DNA of 64,000 nt from Nitrospirota bacterium (lineage in GTDB: Bacteria > Nitrospirota > UBA9217), in the NCBI GenBank assembly GCA_963751455.1, contig CAVVUN010000015.1:1344001-1408000 (forward strand), written 5' to 3'. Positions 54,401 through 63,173 of the stretch are shown here, one piece after another; the first letter of the stretch is position 1, and each line of letters begins with the position of its first letter. Made by a program: the position numbers and the translations under genes. Under the pieces are notes generated by a model that searched no databases, was not told the origin of the DNA, and saw nothing but the letters and a program-made list of their open reading frames with translations.

Positions 54401-57400
54401 CGACGGAAAACCAGATATCCTTAGCGCCCGCAGTAGTGCAAGCGGGTACAGTATCGTTGCATATAATAACGACGGGACTGTTAAGTGGAACAATATCGCC
54501 AACGTCAACGCCTGGAATGCCTCCCATCTCCCTGGGACTGTCTGGAACTATTTAGATATTCGTCCTGATGGGATTCTCGCTCTTGCGGACCTCGATGGCA
54601 ACGGGACAAAGCAAATCGTCATGGGCCCGAACATTATTAATGCGGATGGTTCCATCCGGTGCGCGAGGGACCATTTTGTGTACAGTGGTGAAGGTATGGC
54701 ATATAATTACGGGGGGTTCTATGCGGTCAGCATCGCTGATCTTGATCTGGATGGCAGGCAGGAAATCATCGGGGGAAACGCCGCATATGACGGCAATTGC
54801 AACCTTAAGTGGTGGAACAGTGTCTTGCCGGACGGCGCAACCGCAATAGCGAATTTTAATGATGATGTATATCCGGAGATTGTTTTGGTGACCAATTATC
54901 AGCATCGCTCCAGTGTTTACCTCCTCGATCGCAATGGAAGCGTTAAATGGGGACCGGTGTACATCTATCGGCTGAACGGCGAAGCAACTCCAACCGGATA
55001 TAATATAAGCCAGCCGGTTGTGTCGGATTTCGACGGCGACGGCACTACGGATATAGGAGTCATGTACGACGGCAAGATTTTTATTCTGAATAGAAGCGGT
55101 CAACTAGTGCATCGGTTCCCGATCCCGGGTAAATACAATGAAGTTGGTTGGGGAAATTACCCGACTGCGCCCACGGTTTTTGACCTCGACGGCGACGGAA
55201 GTCCAGAGATAATGTTCAACTCAGCCGGTTACTTCCGCATCATGAACGGCAAAAACGGCGTCACATTATTTCAAGAGGCTTTCGGATATGCTGACGCCAA
55301 TATTCAAAATACTGTGGTTGCTGACGTGGACGGCGATGGCCATGTTGAAGTAGTCGTTGTCGGTCCTGACGTCAATAACGGCATTATGACGGCCATACGC
55401 GTGTATGGTTCATCCGACCACAGTCAGCCCTGGGTCAATGGCCGCCGCATCTGGAACCAGCCCTCCTACCACGTCACGAACGTGAACGACGACGGCTCTA
55501 TCCCGCAGTATGAAACCCCGAGCTGGCTTATGAACAACACCTACCGTACGCAGGCGGCAATCGGCCCGAATCCGAATCCGTACCTGACGCCCAACCTGAC
55601 GGTTTCTTACTTCCGGCAACAGCAGGAAAACGCCGGCCTGAACGTCACGGTCCGCGTCGGGAACGGCGGGGCCACAGAAGCTTCGGCAGGCGCGGGCGTC
55701 TCGTTCCACAACGGAACCTCGCAGGGCGGAACCCTTCTTGGTACGATATACACAACCAAAACCCTGCAGCCCGGAGAGTACGAGGACGTTTCGTTCACCG
55801 TGGGCAGCGCTTATGCAGGCAGCGCGGCAATAACCGTGGTCGTGGACGAGGCGGCCCTGGTCTCCGAATGCCGTGAGGACGACAATACCGTCACTCTCTC
55901 GTTGAGCGCGATATCCGGCATGCCCGACCTCACCATAGGCGCTGAAGATATTACGCTTTCATCAGGTCCGTATTATGAAGGCGGTTTCGTATCGATAACG
56001 GCAAACGTCAGGAATGCAGGCTATTATCCTGCTGCAAATACGCAAATCCGGCTTTATGACGGAAATCCCGAACCCGACGGGATGCAGATAGGAACACAGA
56101 CGATTTCCTGGATCGATGCAGGCGGATCAGCAACAATCACGTTTACTTTCGACACCCTCGGCAAATCCGGAACCCACGTGCTGTACGCGGTCGCGGACCC
56201 TGAAAATGCAATCATTGAGACAAACGAACAAAACAACAGCGCAGGCGCAACACTTGATGTAGAGCAGCCGATTTTGCCGAACCTGACGGTCACGTCGAAT
56301 GACATTGCTCTATCGTCGTCATCGCTCAGGGAAGGGGAGCAGCTTACAGTAAACGCAACCGTCTTGAACCGGGGAACATCGGTTGGCGCAATTCCAGTCA
56401 GACTCTCGCTTACATCTGCCGGATCAGGAACAGAATCGATCTCTCAAACGATCTACCCGGTCCTCGGCCTCGGTCAGTCTGTAACGGTGCAGGCAACCTT
56501 TGAGACAGTCGGATTGTCCGGCACACAGACGGTCCTCATAGAAGTCGACCCTGACAATGCCATCGCGGAAGGCATAGAAACCGACAACACGGCCTCCGCA
56601 TTGGTTTCAATCCAGAGCGCGGGAATTGCATCGAGCCTGAGCATCGATAAAACTCAGTATGGCTCGCATGCAGATTCGAACATAATCGTGTCTATTCACA
56701 ACAATAATTCTTCCTCCTGGTCCGGCAGCGGCTCGATATTCATAGAAGATACAGCCGGAAATCGAATCGCCTCAGCAGCAACATTCACCGTGACCGAACT
56801 CGTACCCGCAGGTCCGGCAGGCAGGGCGTATCGGATACCCGCATCACTAACAGCAGACCGGACCATGAAAGACGCACTCGCGCAGACAAACATAGATTTT
56901 GCTTCAGCTCTTTCAATCCTGGGCATACCGGATAAGTCTGTTGATCAAAACTCGCTTCGCGTCCTGGAACTGGACGGCCAAGGGAACATCGTCAATGAAA
57001 AACAGGCAAAGGCCGAATTCCAGGCGGATGGTTCGGCAAATGTTACCTGGCTTGTCGACGGGATCACCCAGGCAGACTCAACCAGAAGCTTCGCAGTCTA
57101 CTTCGATACGAGCGACCACGGTCCCAAGACTCCGTCACAAAACACAAATCTTATCATGAACGGGCAACTTATCGCTTTCACGGACGATTCAGGCAAAATC
57201 TATACCATTGAAAGCAATGGCGATGGAACATTCACGACAGCCAACCTTATCGATGACATATCGACTTCGAACGACAATATCCGGGGCGTCGTGCTCGATG
57301 ACTTCAATAACGACGCTTTCACGGACGTGATCACCGGCCGAGGCACAACCGGAGAACTCTATTATTACCAGAACAAGGCAGACGGCACGAACACATTCCT

Positions 57401-60400
57401 TGCAAGAGTCAAGATCGGCGCAATTACCGCCTCCAGTTGGATCATGGATATGGCAACCGCCGATTTCAACAACGACGGCTTTGAGGACTTTGTCGTGAGC
57501 GGCAACAATAAAAACCTCTATCTGTTCCAGGGAAATGGAAACGGCGCCTTTACCCAGACCACACTGGCCTCTCCGGCGAGCGCAGTGGCATTGAGAGGCA
57601 AGACGGCAGCCGATGTTGACCGTGACGGAAAGGTCGATCTGTTCATCGGAAACTATAGTGACGGCGCACTCTACCTCTACAGAGGCAGCGGGAACGGTGC
57701 TTTTTCATCACCGGTTAAAATCGGCACAAGCGGCGCCGATCCGTACGGCGTTATTGCCCGCGATTTTGACGAGGACGGCAGGATAGATCTGATTGCAAGC
57801 ACCAGCGCCAGTGGAGGCGCCAATCTCTTCAAAGGCATTGGCGACGGCGCCTTCGCCTCTCCGGTTTCCGTGCCGTCCCTTATCACAGGCAGTGCAATCG
57901 GATTCGACGCTGGAGATTTCAACAATGACGGTCATATGGATATAATCGCCGCAAACTGCGGCAGTAAAAACATTGCATTCTACCCGGGCAGGGGAGACGG
58001 GAGTTTCGGTCAGAAAGTACAGCTCGCTTCCACGGCCTACTGCAGTCTCGGCATCAGCGCCTTGCCGGCCCCGCCCGAGATATCCGTTGTGACGGGACAG
58101 GCCGAGCCGGTTCCCTCGCAGACGTATTCCTTTACCTGGAACACGGGCGGAACATACGCAGGCGCCTATCAGGTACATGCAATATTGTCCGAACCCGGCA
58201 AGGCCGTGTCTGAAAACCGCGCTTCTTTCGACATTCTGCCGGATATGAACGCCCAGGCAGGCGTCACCACGGACAAGATTTCGTATAATCCGAACGAGAC
58301 AATAACGCTTTCTTCGACAGTTACGAGCCTGAGCGGGAATTATGCTTTTGAAAACCTGGCAGCCCGGGTAGAGATCAGTTCAAGCGGTTCAAACAGTTTA
58401 AACGGTCTGGTCTTCGTCGAAACGAAGACCATATCCACCCTCATGCCCGGGGCCGCGTACACGTTCAAGAGTTACTGGAACGTAGGGACGAATGCGCCGG
58501 GGACATATCCGGTAACTCTCGAGATAAAAGATGCGACAGGCACGGTCATTGCCGCGGGCACACAGAACGTTGTGATCGCGAATACGCTCAAACCTTCAGC
58601 CATGCTCAAGGGCCAGATTGCCGTAGACAAGCAGAGCCTGCTGTCCGGCGAGACAGTGACGATCTCGTATGGCGTAACGAACACGGGAAATACCGATCTC
58701 GAGAACATTGCGCTCTCGGTCCTGACCGTCCATGCAGTAAACGAGTCGATATACGACACGATCACTGATCAAGCTAGCGTTGCCATGGGTGCAACGTCCA
58801 GCAATTCCGCTTCAATCAACACCACAAACTACAGCGCCAGGGATTACCTGGTTATTCTGCGGGCAAATATCGCCGGGGTGGAAGAGACCCTTGCCGGGAC
58901 CTACTTCAGGGTCGAAGGGGCGCCGTCCGCGCCGTCGCTCGCCGGGCCCGGACAGGCTGCGGATGTCCTGACCTTCTTTCCTGAGCTTTCTGTGAATAAT
59001 GCGTCAGATCCGAACGACGACAAGCTCTTGTATGAGTTTGAGGTGTACAGCGACCCCGGCTTAGCGAATCTCATCACCAGTTCCTCCGGCACGGTCTCCG
59101 AACAGGCCGGAATCACAAAATGGATCGTAGCCGTGGCCCTTTCCGAAAACCAGACCTATTACTGGCGTACACGAGCATATGACGGGAAGTTGTACGGGCC
59201 ATGGATGTCCATCGACTCTGCTCAGGACAGGCCGGCATCTTTCAGGGTCAACACCGTGAATGATCCGCCGACTGCGCCTATTCCAACGAGCCCTGCAGAT
59301 GGCACAGATGTGTCCGTTCTTACTCCAATTCTGACTGTCACCAATGCGGCTGATCCGGACAGCGCCAGCCTCACGTATAATTTCGATGTGGCACAGGATC
59401 CTGATTTTGCCGGCATCGTGATATCTGCAAAAGGCGTATTGAGCGGCCAAGGCAATACTTCGTGGCAGCCGACCCTGAGCCTTGAGGAGAATGTTTGGTA
59501 TTACTGGAGAGCGCAGGCTGATGACTGGCTGGATGAAGGACCGTGGTCAGTCACTTCCCGGTTCTTCGTGAACACGTCTAATGACGCGCCTACTGCGCCT
59601 TCGATAACCATGCCGGCCGATAATTCTACGGTGTCTGCCCTTACTGCCGATATTATTGTCGCAAACAGCACTGACCCTGATTCTGCGGTTATTAACTACT
59701 TTATCGAGCTTGATACAGCCATGACCTTCGATTCCGGTAATGTGATCAGGTCGGGCGCTGTTATGGCAGGACAGGCCTCTTCGACAGGCTCAGGGCAGGA
59801 TACGACAATGTGGCACGTGGATGGGCTCCGGGACAATACCCGATACTATCTCCGAGCGAAGGCAAGCGACGGCGCTGCCGAAAGCGCCTGGTCGTCAGTG
59901 GTATCTTTCTTTGCTAATACTGCCAACGACGCCCCGACAGCGCCGCTGCCCGCAAATCCTTCCAACAATGCCGGCGTGAATGTTTTCATGCCGACATTGT
60001 CCGTGCACAACTCGGCGGACCTTGACGGAGACGCTCTCACTTACGAATTCGAGCTCTATAGTGATGCGGCTATGTTGAACCCGGTCCGGAATGCCTCAGG
60101 CCTTGCTGAAACAGCTCAAATTACCTCGTGGACTGTGCCGGTATCGCTTATTGAAAACCAGATTTATTACTGGCGCGCCCGGTCCTTTGACGGAATAGCT
60201 GTAAGCGCCTGGACTACCCTTTCCCAATTCACCGTAAATACTGCCAATGACTCACCGGGCGCGCCGGGCCTCTCATCGCCTGCTGAAGGGAGCAGCCTTT
60301 CAACAACGACGCCCACGCTCTCGATCACGAATGCAGTGGATCCGGACAGCGATAATCTTACTTATGATTTCGAGATCTACTCGGGCGGCGTGCTTGTAAA

Positions 60401-60899
60401 CGCGGCGTCTGGAGTCGGAAGCCAGGAGTCAGGAGTAACATCGTGGATTGTATTGACGACGCTGACGGACAATACGGCGTACGCATGGCGGGCGCGCGCC
60501 TTTGACGGCGACCAATATGGTTCATGGATGGGCATGGCCACATTCTCGATCCATATTCCGAAAACGAGCATCAATGCAACAATTGATTTTGATCCTGATA
60601 CTTTGAATAAAAAGAGCAAAGGCACCTGGGTCGTCGTGTATATCGAACTTCCCGTCGGGTACAAGCCGGCTGATGTCGACATCGCCTCGATTCGACTGGA
60701 AGGGACGGTACCTGCTGAGCTCTGGCCGTATGCAAGCGGAGATCATGATAAGGACGGCATCCCGGAGCTTATGGTCAAGTTCAAGCGGAGCGACGTGATA
60801 AGCGTGATCGGAAACGGAGATAATATCCCGGTACAGGTAAAAGGCAAGGTCGGAACCATGACATTTGAAGGAGCGGATGTTATCAGGGTGATACCGTAA
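51465..60899 (+). CDS. Giant (~3144 aa) secreted protein: prenyltransferase-like repeats, CARDB, two FG-GAP/VCBS regions, five Fn3/Ig-like repeats
   Basis: MRRALII signal peptide (same start as 39872 paralog); QNxDGxWG; DxDxDG.PEI and DFNNDG repeats; PxAP...YYWRARA repeats. Confidence 0.9.
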   Translation: MRRALIIAVILACLLQAFPCRAHSASISSGAEWLMSTQNADGSWGSEDFTLINTSLTLDALTATGNTGTNFTEGLNWLTLQTDIPTTDELARKIITAAKAVIDVSELIDNLVGYRNSDGGWGAKIGSFSDPETTALALKALHAANYSDTTVIGQSLNYLTKNQNSDGGWGFRSASEGLLADESNAYVTALVLRALSSYNSVFINQEAINNASAYLLMKQNTDDGFGSSPSTIYETALSVMSLIESGKSSSETIINGINYLTSMQSPNGSWNDDPYSTALALQALAAARPNLTVSSISLSNPMPQENVETAITATIKNAGYEDASNVAVRFYLGDPSINSGQVPSTGGIQVGADQIIPSLTPNSSTPVSITASFTGTGGKTIFVVVDPDNTISETSETDNKSSTRVWVATCPDLAVYSEDLKPSTYVPVSGTAFTMEYKIRNLGESATGAFTVSLYDGDPSQAGVLLQSVNISGLMGTEVRTGTVGVTLTGNGSHTLYLVADKDSAVTELSETNNTGSVTVQVGGTQKFADLVAGMIQITPARPNVDETVQITVPVRNKGSEAASFFTVEIFDGLPDAGGTLIHSQTISLASGAEQIISANWTIASGIHELYLIVDRSNQISETNETNNQASVKIMPDMVDISLSATDLTFIPEHPVNGDTVLLSVKVNNAGIKETGAFNFALYDGDPAAGGTLLQTFSIANIAGDASTTVTYNFTAVPWTYRFYAIADTENTVTELYEANNLAIRSLKIKAPGEILGPDLVPTKIDLLSMTTDTQTLSTGDSAKITFQNKGDDKIASSFSVLVFDDIDMNGAYTPGMDNILSTGTSTIPIWPEGVGMVSMTLSGSVKFLNTPLYAMIDADDTIHEQDETNNILSSCKDCQVVPTNPLQPTVKWKWWGPYDEYFYTPPSIMNLRDTNSDSKIDQNDTPDIIINAGARTGNSIYGTIRAFKGNMGENYMNLKDANNRPSAYSYTAAGDIDSDGKPDILSARSSASGYSIVAYNNDGTVKWNNIANVNAWNASHLPGTVWNYLDIRPDGILALADLDGNGTKQIVMGPNIINADGSIRCARDHFVYSGEGMAYNYGGFYAVSIADLDLDGRQEIIGGNAAYDGNCNLKWWNSVLPDGATAIANFNDDVYPEIVLVTNYQHRSSVYLLDRNGSVKWGPVYIYRLNGEATPTGYNISQPVVSDFDGDGTTDIGVMYDGKIFILNRSGQLVHRFPIPGKYNEVGWGNYPTAPTVFDLDGDGSPEIMFNSAGYFRIMNGKNGVTLFQEAFGYADANIQNTVVADVDGDGHVEVVVVGPDVNNGIMTAIRVYGSSDHSQPWVNGRRIWNQPSYHVTNVNDDGSIPQYETPSWLMNNTYRTQAAIGPNPNPYLTPNLTVSYFRQQQENAGLNVTVRVGNGGATEASAGAGVSFHNGTSQGGTLLGTIYTTKTLQPGEYEDVSFTVGSAYAGSAAITVVVDEAALVSECREDDNTVTLSLSAISGMPDLTIGAEDITLSSGPYYEGGFVSITANVRNAGYYPAANTQIRLYDGNPEPDGMQIGTQTISWIDAGGSATITFTFDTLGKSGTHVLYAVADPENAIIETNEQNNSAGATLDVEQPILPNLTVTSNDIALSSSSLREGEQLTVNATVLNRGTSVGAIPVRLSLTSAGSGTESISQTIYPVLGLGQSVTVQATFETVGLSGTQTVLIEVDPDNAIAEGIETDNTASALVSIQSAGIASSLSIDKTQYGSHADSNIIVSIHNNNSSSWSGSGSIFIEDTAGNRIASAATFTVTELVPAGPAGRAYRIPASLTADRTMKDALAQTNIDFASALSILGIPDKSVDQNSLRVLELDGQGNIVNEKQAKAEFQADGSANVTWLVDGITQADSTRSFAVYFDTSDHGPKTPSQNTNLIMNGQLIAFTDDSGKIYTIESNGDGTFTTANLIDDISTSNDNIRGVVLDDFNNDAFTDVITGRGTTGELYYYQNKADGTNTFLARVKIGAITASSWIMDMATADFNNDGFEDFVVSGNNKNLYLFQGNGNGAFTQTTLASPASAVALRGKTAADVDRDGKVDLFIGNYSDGALYLYRGSGNGAFSSPVKIGTSGADPYGVIARDFDEDGRIDLIASTSASGGANLFKGIGDGAFASPVSVPSLITGSAIGFDAGDFNNDGHMDIIAANCGSKNIAFYPGRGDGSFGQKVQLASTAYCSLGISALPAPPEISVVTGQAEPVPSQTYSFTWNTGGTYAGAYQVHAILSEPGKAVSENRASFDILPDMNAQAGVTTDKISYNPNETITLSSTVTSLSGNYAFENLAARVEISSSGSNSLNGLVFVETKTISTLMPGAAYTFKSYWNVGTNAPGTYPVTLEIKDATGTVIAAGTQNVVIANTLKPSAMLKGQIAVDKQSLLSGETVTISYGVTNTGNTDLENIALSVLTVHAVNESIYDTITDQASVAMGATSSNSASINTTNYSARDYLVILRANIAGVEETLAGTYFRVEGAPSAPSLAGPGQAADVLTFFPELSVNNASDPNDDKLLYEFEVYSDPGLANLITSSSGTVSEQAGITKWIVAVALSENQTYYWRTRAYDGKLYGPWMSIDSAQDRPASFRVNTVNDPPTAPIPTSPADGTDVSVLTPILTVTNAADPDSASLTYNFDVAQDPDFAGIVISAKGVLSGQGNTSWQPTLSLEENVWYYWRAQADDWLDEGPWSVTSRFFVNTSNDAPTAPSITMPADNSTVSALTADIIVANSTDPDSAVINYFIELDTAMTFDSGNVIRSGAVMAGQASSTGSGQDTTMWHVDGLRDNTRYYLRAKASDGAAESAWSSVVSFFANTANDAPTAPLPANPSNNAGVNVFMPTLSVHNSADLDGDALTYEFELYSDAAMLNPVRNASGLAETAQITSWTVPVSLIENQIYYWRARSFDGIAVSAWTTLSQFTVNTANDSPGAPGLSSPAEGSSLSTTTPTLSITNAVDPDSDNLTYDFEIYSGGVLVNAASGVGSQESGVTSWIVLTTLTDNTAYAWRARAFDGDQYGSWMGMATFSIHIPKTSINATIDFDPDTLNKKSKGTWVVVYIELPVGYKPADVDIASIRLEGTVPAELWPYASGDHDKDGIPELMVKFKRSDVISVIGNGDNIPVQVKGKVGTMTFEGADVIRVIP

Positions 60900-60998
60900 G
60901 GCGGGAAAAATTGTAAATTGGAAATTGAAAATTGTAAAATGCAAAGTGTACCCTGCTCTTAGGAAGACGAGACATGTTTGGTGGTACAAGGAGGCCGT

Positions 60999-61304
60999 AT
61001 GAAAAAAGCTTATACCGGATGGATCGTTCCGCTCGTTTTATGCCTTGCGCTCTTCGCCTGCACCGATGACAAGAACCCGGCGCAGCAGTACGGCAACACG
61101 ATGGTTGAGTCTCTCAAAACCGCGAAGAAGGTTGAAAAGAAGGTGAATGTGCTGACAGTGCAGAAATCAATACAGGAATACTACGCAGCCAACGGCCGCT
61201 ATCCTGCTGATCTGAACGAGGTCGCGGCGTTCAACGGTATGACCTTAGAGGGCGGCAATTATGATTACAATCCTGCGACGGGAACGTTGACAGAGAAGCC
61301 GTGA
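60999..61304 (+). CDS. Small lipoprotein with pilin/GspG-like C-terminal segment
   Basis: LFAC lipobox; IQEYYAANGRYPADLNEV; YDYNPATGTL. Confidence 0.65.
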   Translation: MKKAYTGWIVPLVLCLALFACTDDKNPAQQYGNTMVESLKTAKKVEKKVNVLTVQKSIQEYYAANGRYPADLNEVAAFNGMTLEGGNYDYNPATGTLTEKP

Positions 61305-61836
61305 ACTTAGCGCGATGTCTCCGCGGGTCCACAACAATAGACCAAGACGCATCGGAAACATCAACGCAAAGAACAATAACTGTTGACGTCGAAAAATTAC
61401 TTTAGCTCACCTCATTCTTGTTTAGCTTCGTGCCTTCGCGTGCGCCCACCTGTGCCCAGCATTTTCCTGACATGAAGCTGAAATGCTTGAGTATCCGGTT
61501 CTTGTATCTGAGCTGGCCGATTTCTCTGATAGCAAAGCGCCCGGCGAAAAGCGGAGAGATCATAGCTCTGACGTATCCTCTTACAAATCCTGTCGTCTAC
61601 TGTTCCAGCCCGTTCATTCCTGATTTTTCCATATAAATCTCGGTTTGTTACTTATATATACATATTAAAATAGCAAGAAAAGCCTAACGTTTTAGCAAGA
61701 AAAGCCGAGACAATAATTTTATTTTATGTAACAATCCGTAAAATTCCGTAGATCCCTGTAGGCCTTCCAGTATCTCAACCGTCATACGGATAAATTTCTG
61801 TAAATAGCGATTCCCAATCTATCAAGATTGTAAAAA

Positions 61837-61918
61837 GTCGTCTCCCCGGTGAAAACCGGGGTCCAGTGGTTATCGAACTTATTGAAAAGACTGGATACCG
61901 GCGTTCGCCGGTATGACG
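61837..61918. repeat. REP-like palindromic pair
   Basis: gtcgtctccccggtgaaaaccggggtccag ... ctggataccggcgttcgccggtatgacg. Confidence 0.7.
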
Positions 61919-61999
61919 AAATTGGGTGTTTTCTGACTTCTTACGAATGCATCAAAGATTGGCATAACGATTATTCAATACTAAACGGAGGATTTAATC

Positions 62000-63109
62000 A
62001 TGCAGATGGACATGCACTACTACGGAACGTATGCACTGGCAAGAGCAGCCGGCATAAAGGCAGATTCAGCAAAGATTATCGCCACAGCCGCTCAATATGT
62101 CGATGATGCCGCAGAAACGACAACGTACAAATGCAAGGACAAAAGCTGTATCCACGCGCAAGCAACCGGCCATCACGCGAGCAACATACAAAATCTCCTC
62201 CCCATAGACCAGCGGCACGTCTGGGTCCCGTTCCACTTTCTTCCGGGAAACACAGGCAATAACTTTGAAGAGCGGCTGCAATGCGGAAAGGACAGCCAGG
62301 TTGCGAAGGATATGGTGAAAACTAATCTGGCACTCGCTCTTTCAGGCACGCCGTTCGCGCTCGAACTGCTCGGAATTACCGCACATGTGTATGCAGACAC
62401 CTTTTCTCACTTCGGGTTTTCAGGCATCGGTTCGGATCTTAACCGGGTAAAAAACGACACTATTAACGTTAAAGTTGTTGACCCTGAGATTGAAAAATAT
62501 ATTAAAGACAAGGCGAAGAGTTTTTTCAGCAAGAACGGGATCAAGGGAATAAAGGCGGTCTATCAAAAGGTGGTCAGTGTTTTTGGGGGAGGCGCCGCTG
62601 AGATGCTTTCCTCAGGCCTGGGACATGGCGCTGTCGCAACATATCCGGACCGGCCGTATTTAAGCTGGGATTTTCAATACGAGCAGGGAGGCAGATCCTC
62701 GGTCAGAGACAACCGGGAGAGCTTTCTTGAAGCCTGTGAAGCGCTTCATGCCTTATTTTCCGTATTTTCAAAAATTGCAAAGAAATATTCAGATTTCAAG
62801 AGCAGATGCGAGTTCAAGGAGATCAGGGACCAGGTTTCACAAATACTTAAAACGGAGGCTGACGAGGAGGGCCGGATAGCCGCGTGGCAGGAAGCATTAA
62901 AACAAGGAAAATTGTACGACGGGACAGAAGAGAGTATTCCTGTATACAGCGGCGATACCTGGGACAGCCAGCTTAAAGACTATGATGGACTGGCAACACC
63001 CTTGGACGCTACTCAACTTCCGGTCTACCGGTTCCATCAGGCGGCAAGTTATCACCGGCATACGATTTTGCACCATTTGCTTCCTTCGCAAAAGCTGTTG
63101 GTGGTTTAA
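62000..63109 (+). CDS. DUF6765-like protein
   Basis: MQMDMHYYGTYALARAAG, AQYVDD, WVPFHFLPG, HVYADTFSH, LGHG. Confidence 0.75.
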   Translation: MQMDMHYYGTYALARAAGIKADSAKIIATAAQYVDDAAETTTYKCKDKSCIHAQATGHHASNIQNLLPIDQRHVWVPFHFLPGNTGNNFEERLQCGKDSQVAKDMVKTNLALALSGTPFALELLGITAHVYADTFSHFGFSGIGSDLNRVKNDTINVKVVDPEIEKYIKDKAKSFFSKNGIKGIKAVYQKVVSVFGGGAAEMLSSGLGHGAVATYPDRPYLSWDFQYEQGGRSSVRDNRESFLEACEALHALFSVFSKIAKKYSDFKSRCEFKEIRDQVSQILKTEADEEGRIAAWQEALKQGKLYDGTEESIPVYSGDTWDSQLKDYDGLATPLDATQLPVYRFHQAASYHRHTILHHLLPSQKLLVV

Positions 63110-63173
63110 AGAAACGTCTCGGGGAGAATATACCAAAACGACAGAATCTCACTTTACGATACAAGGAGAGAAT

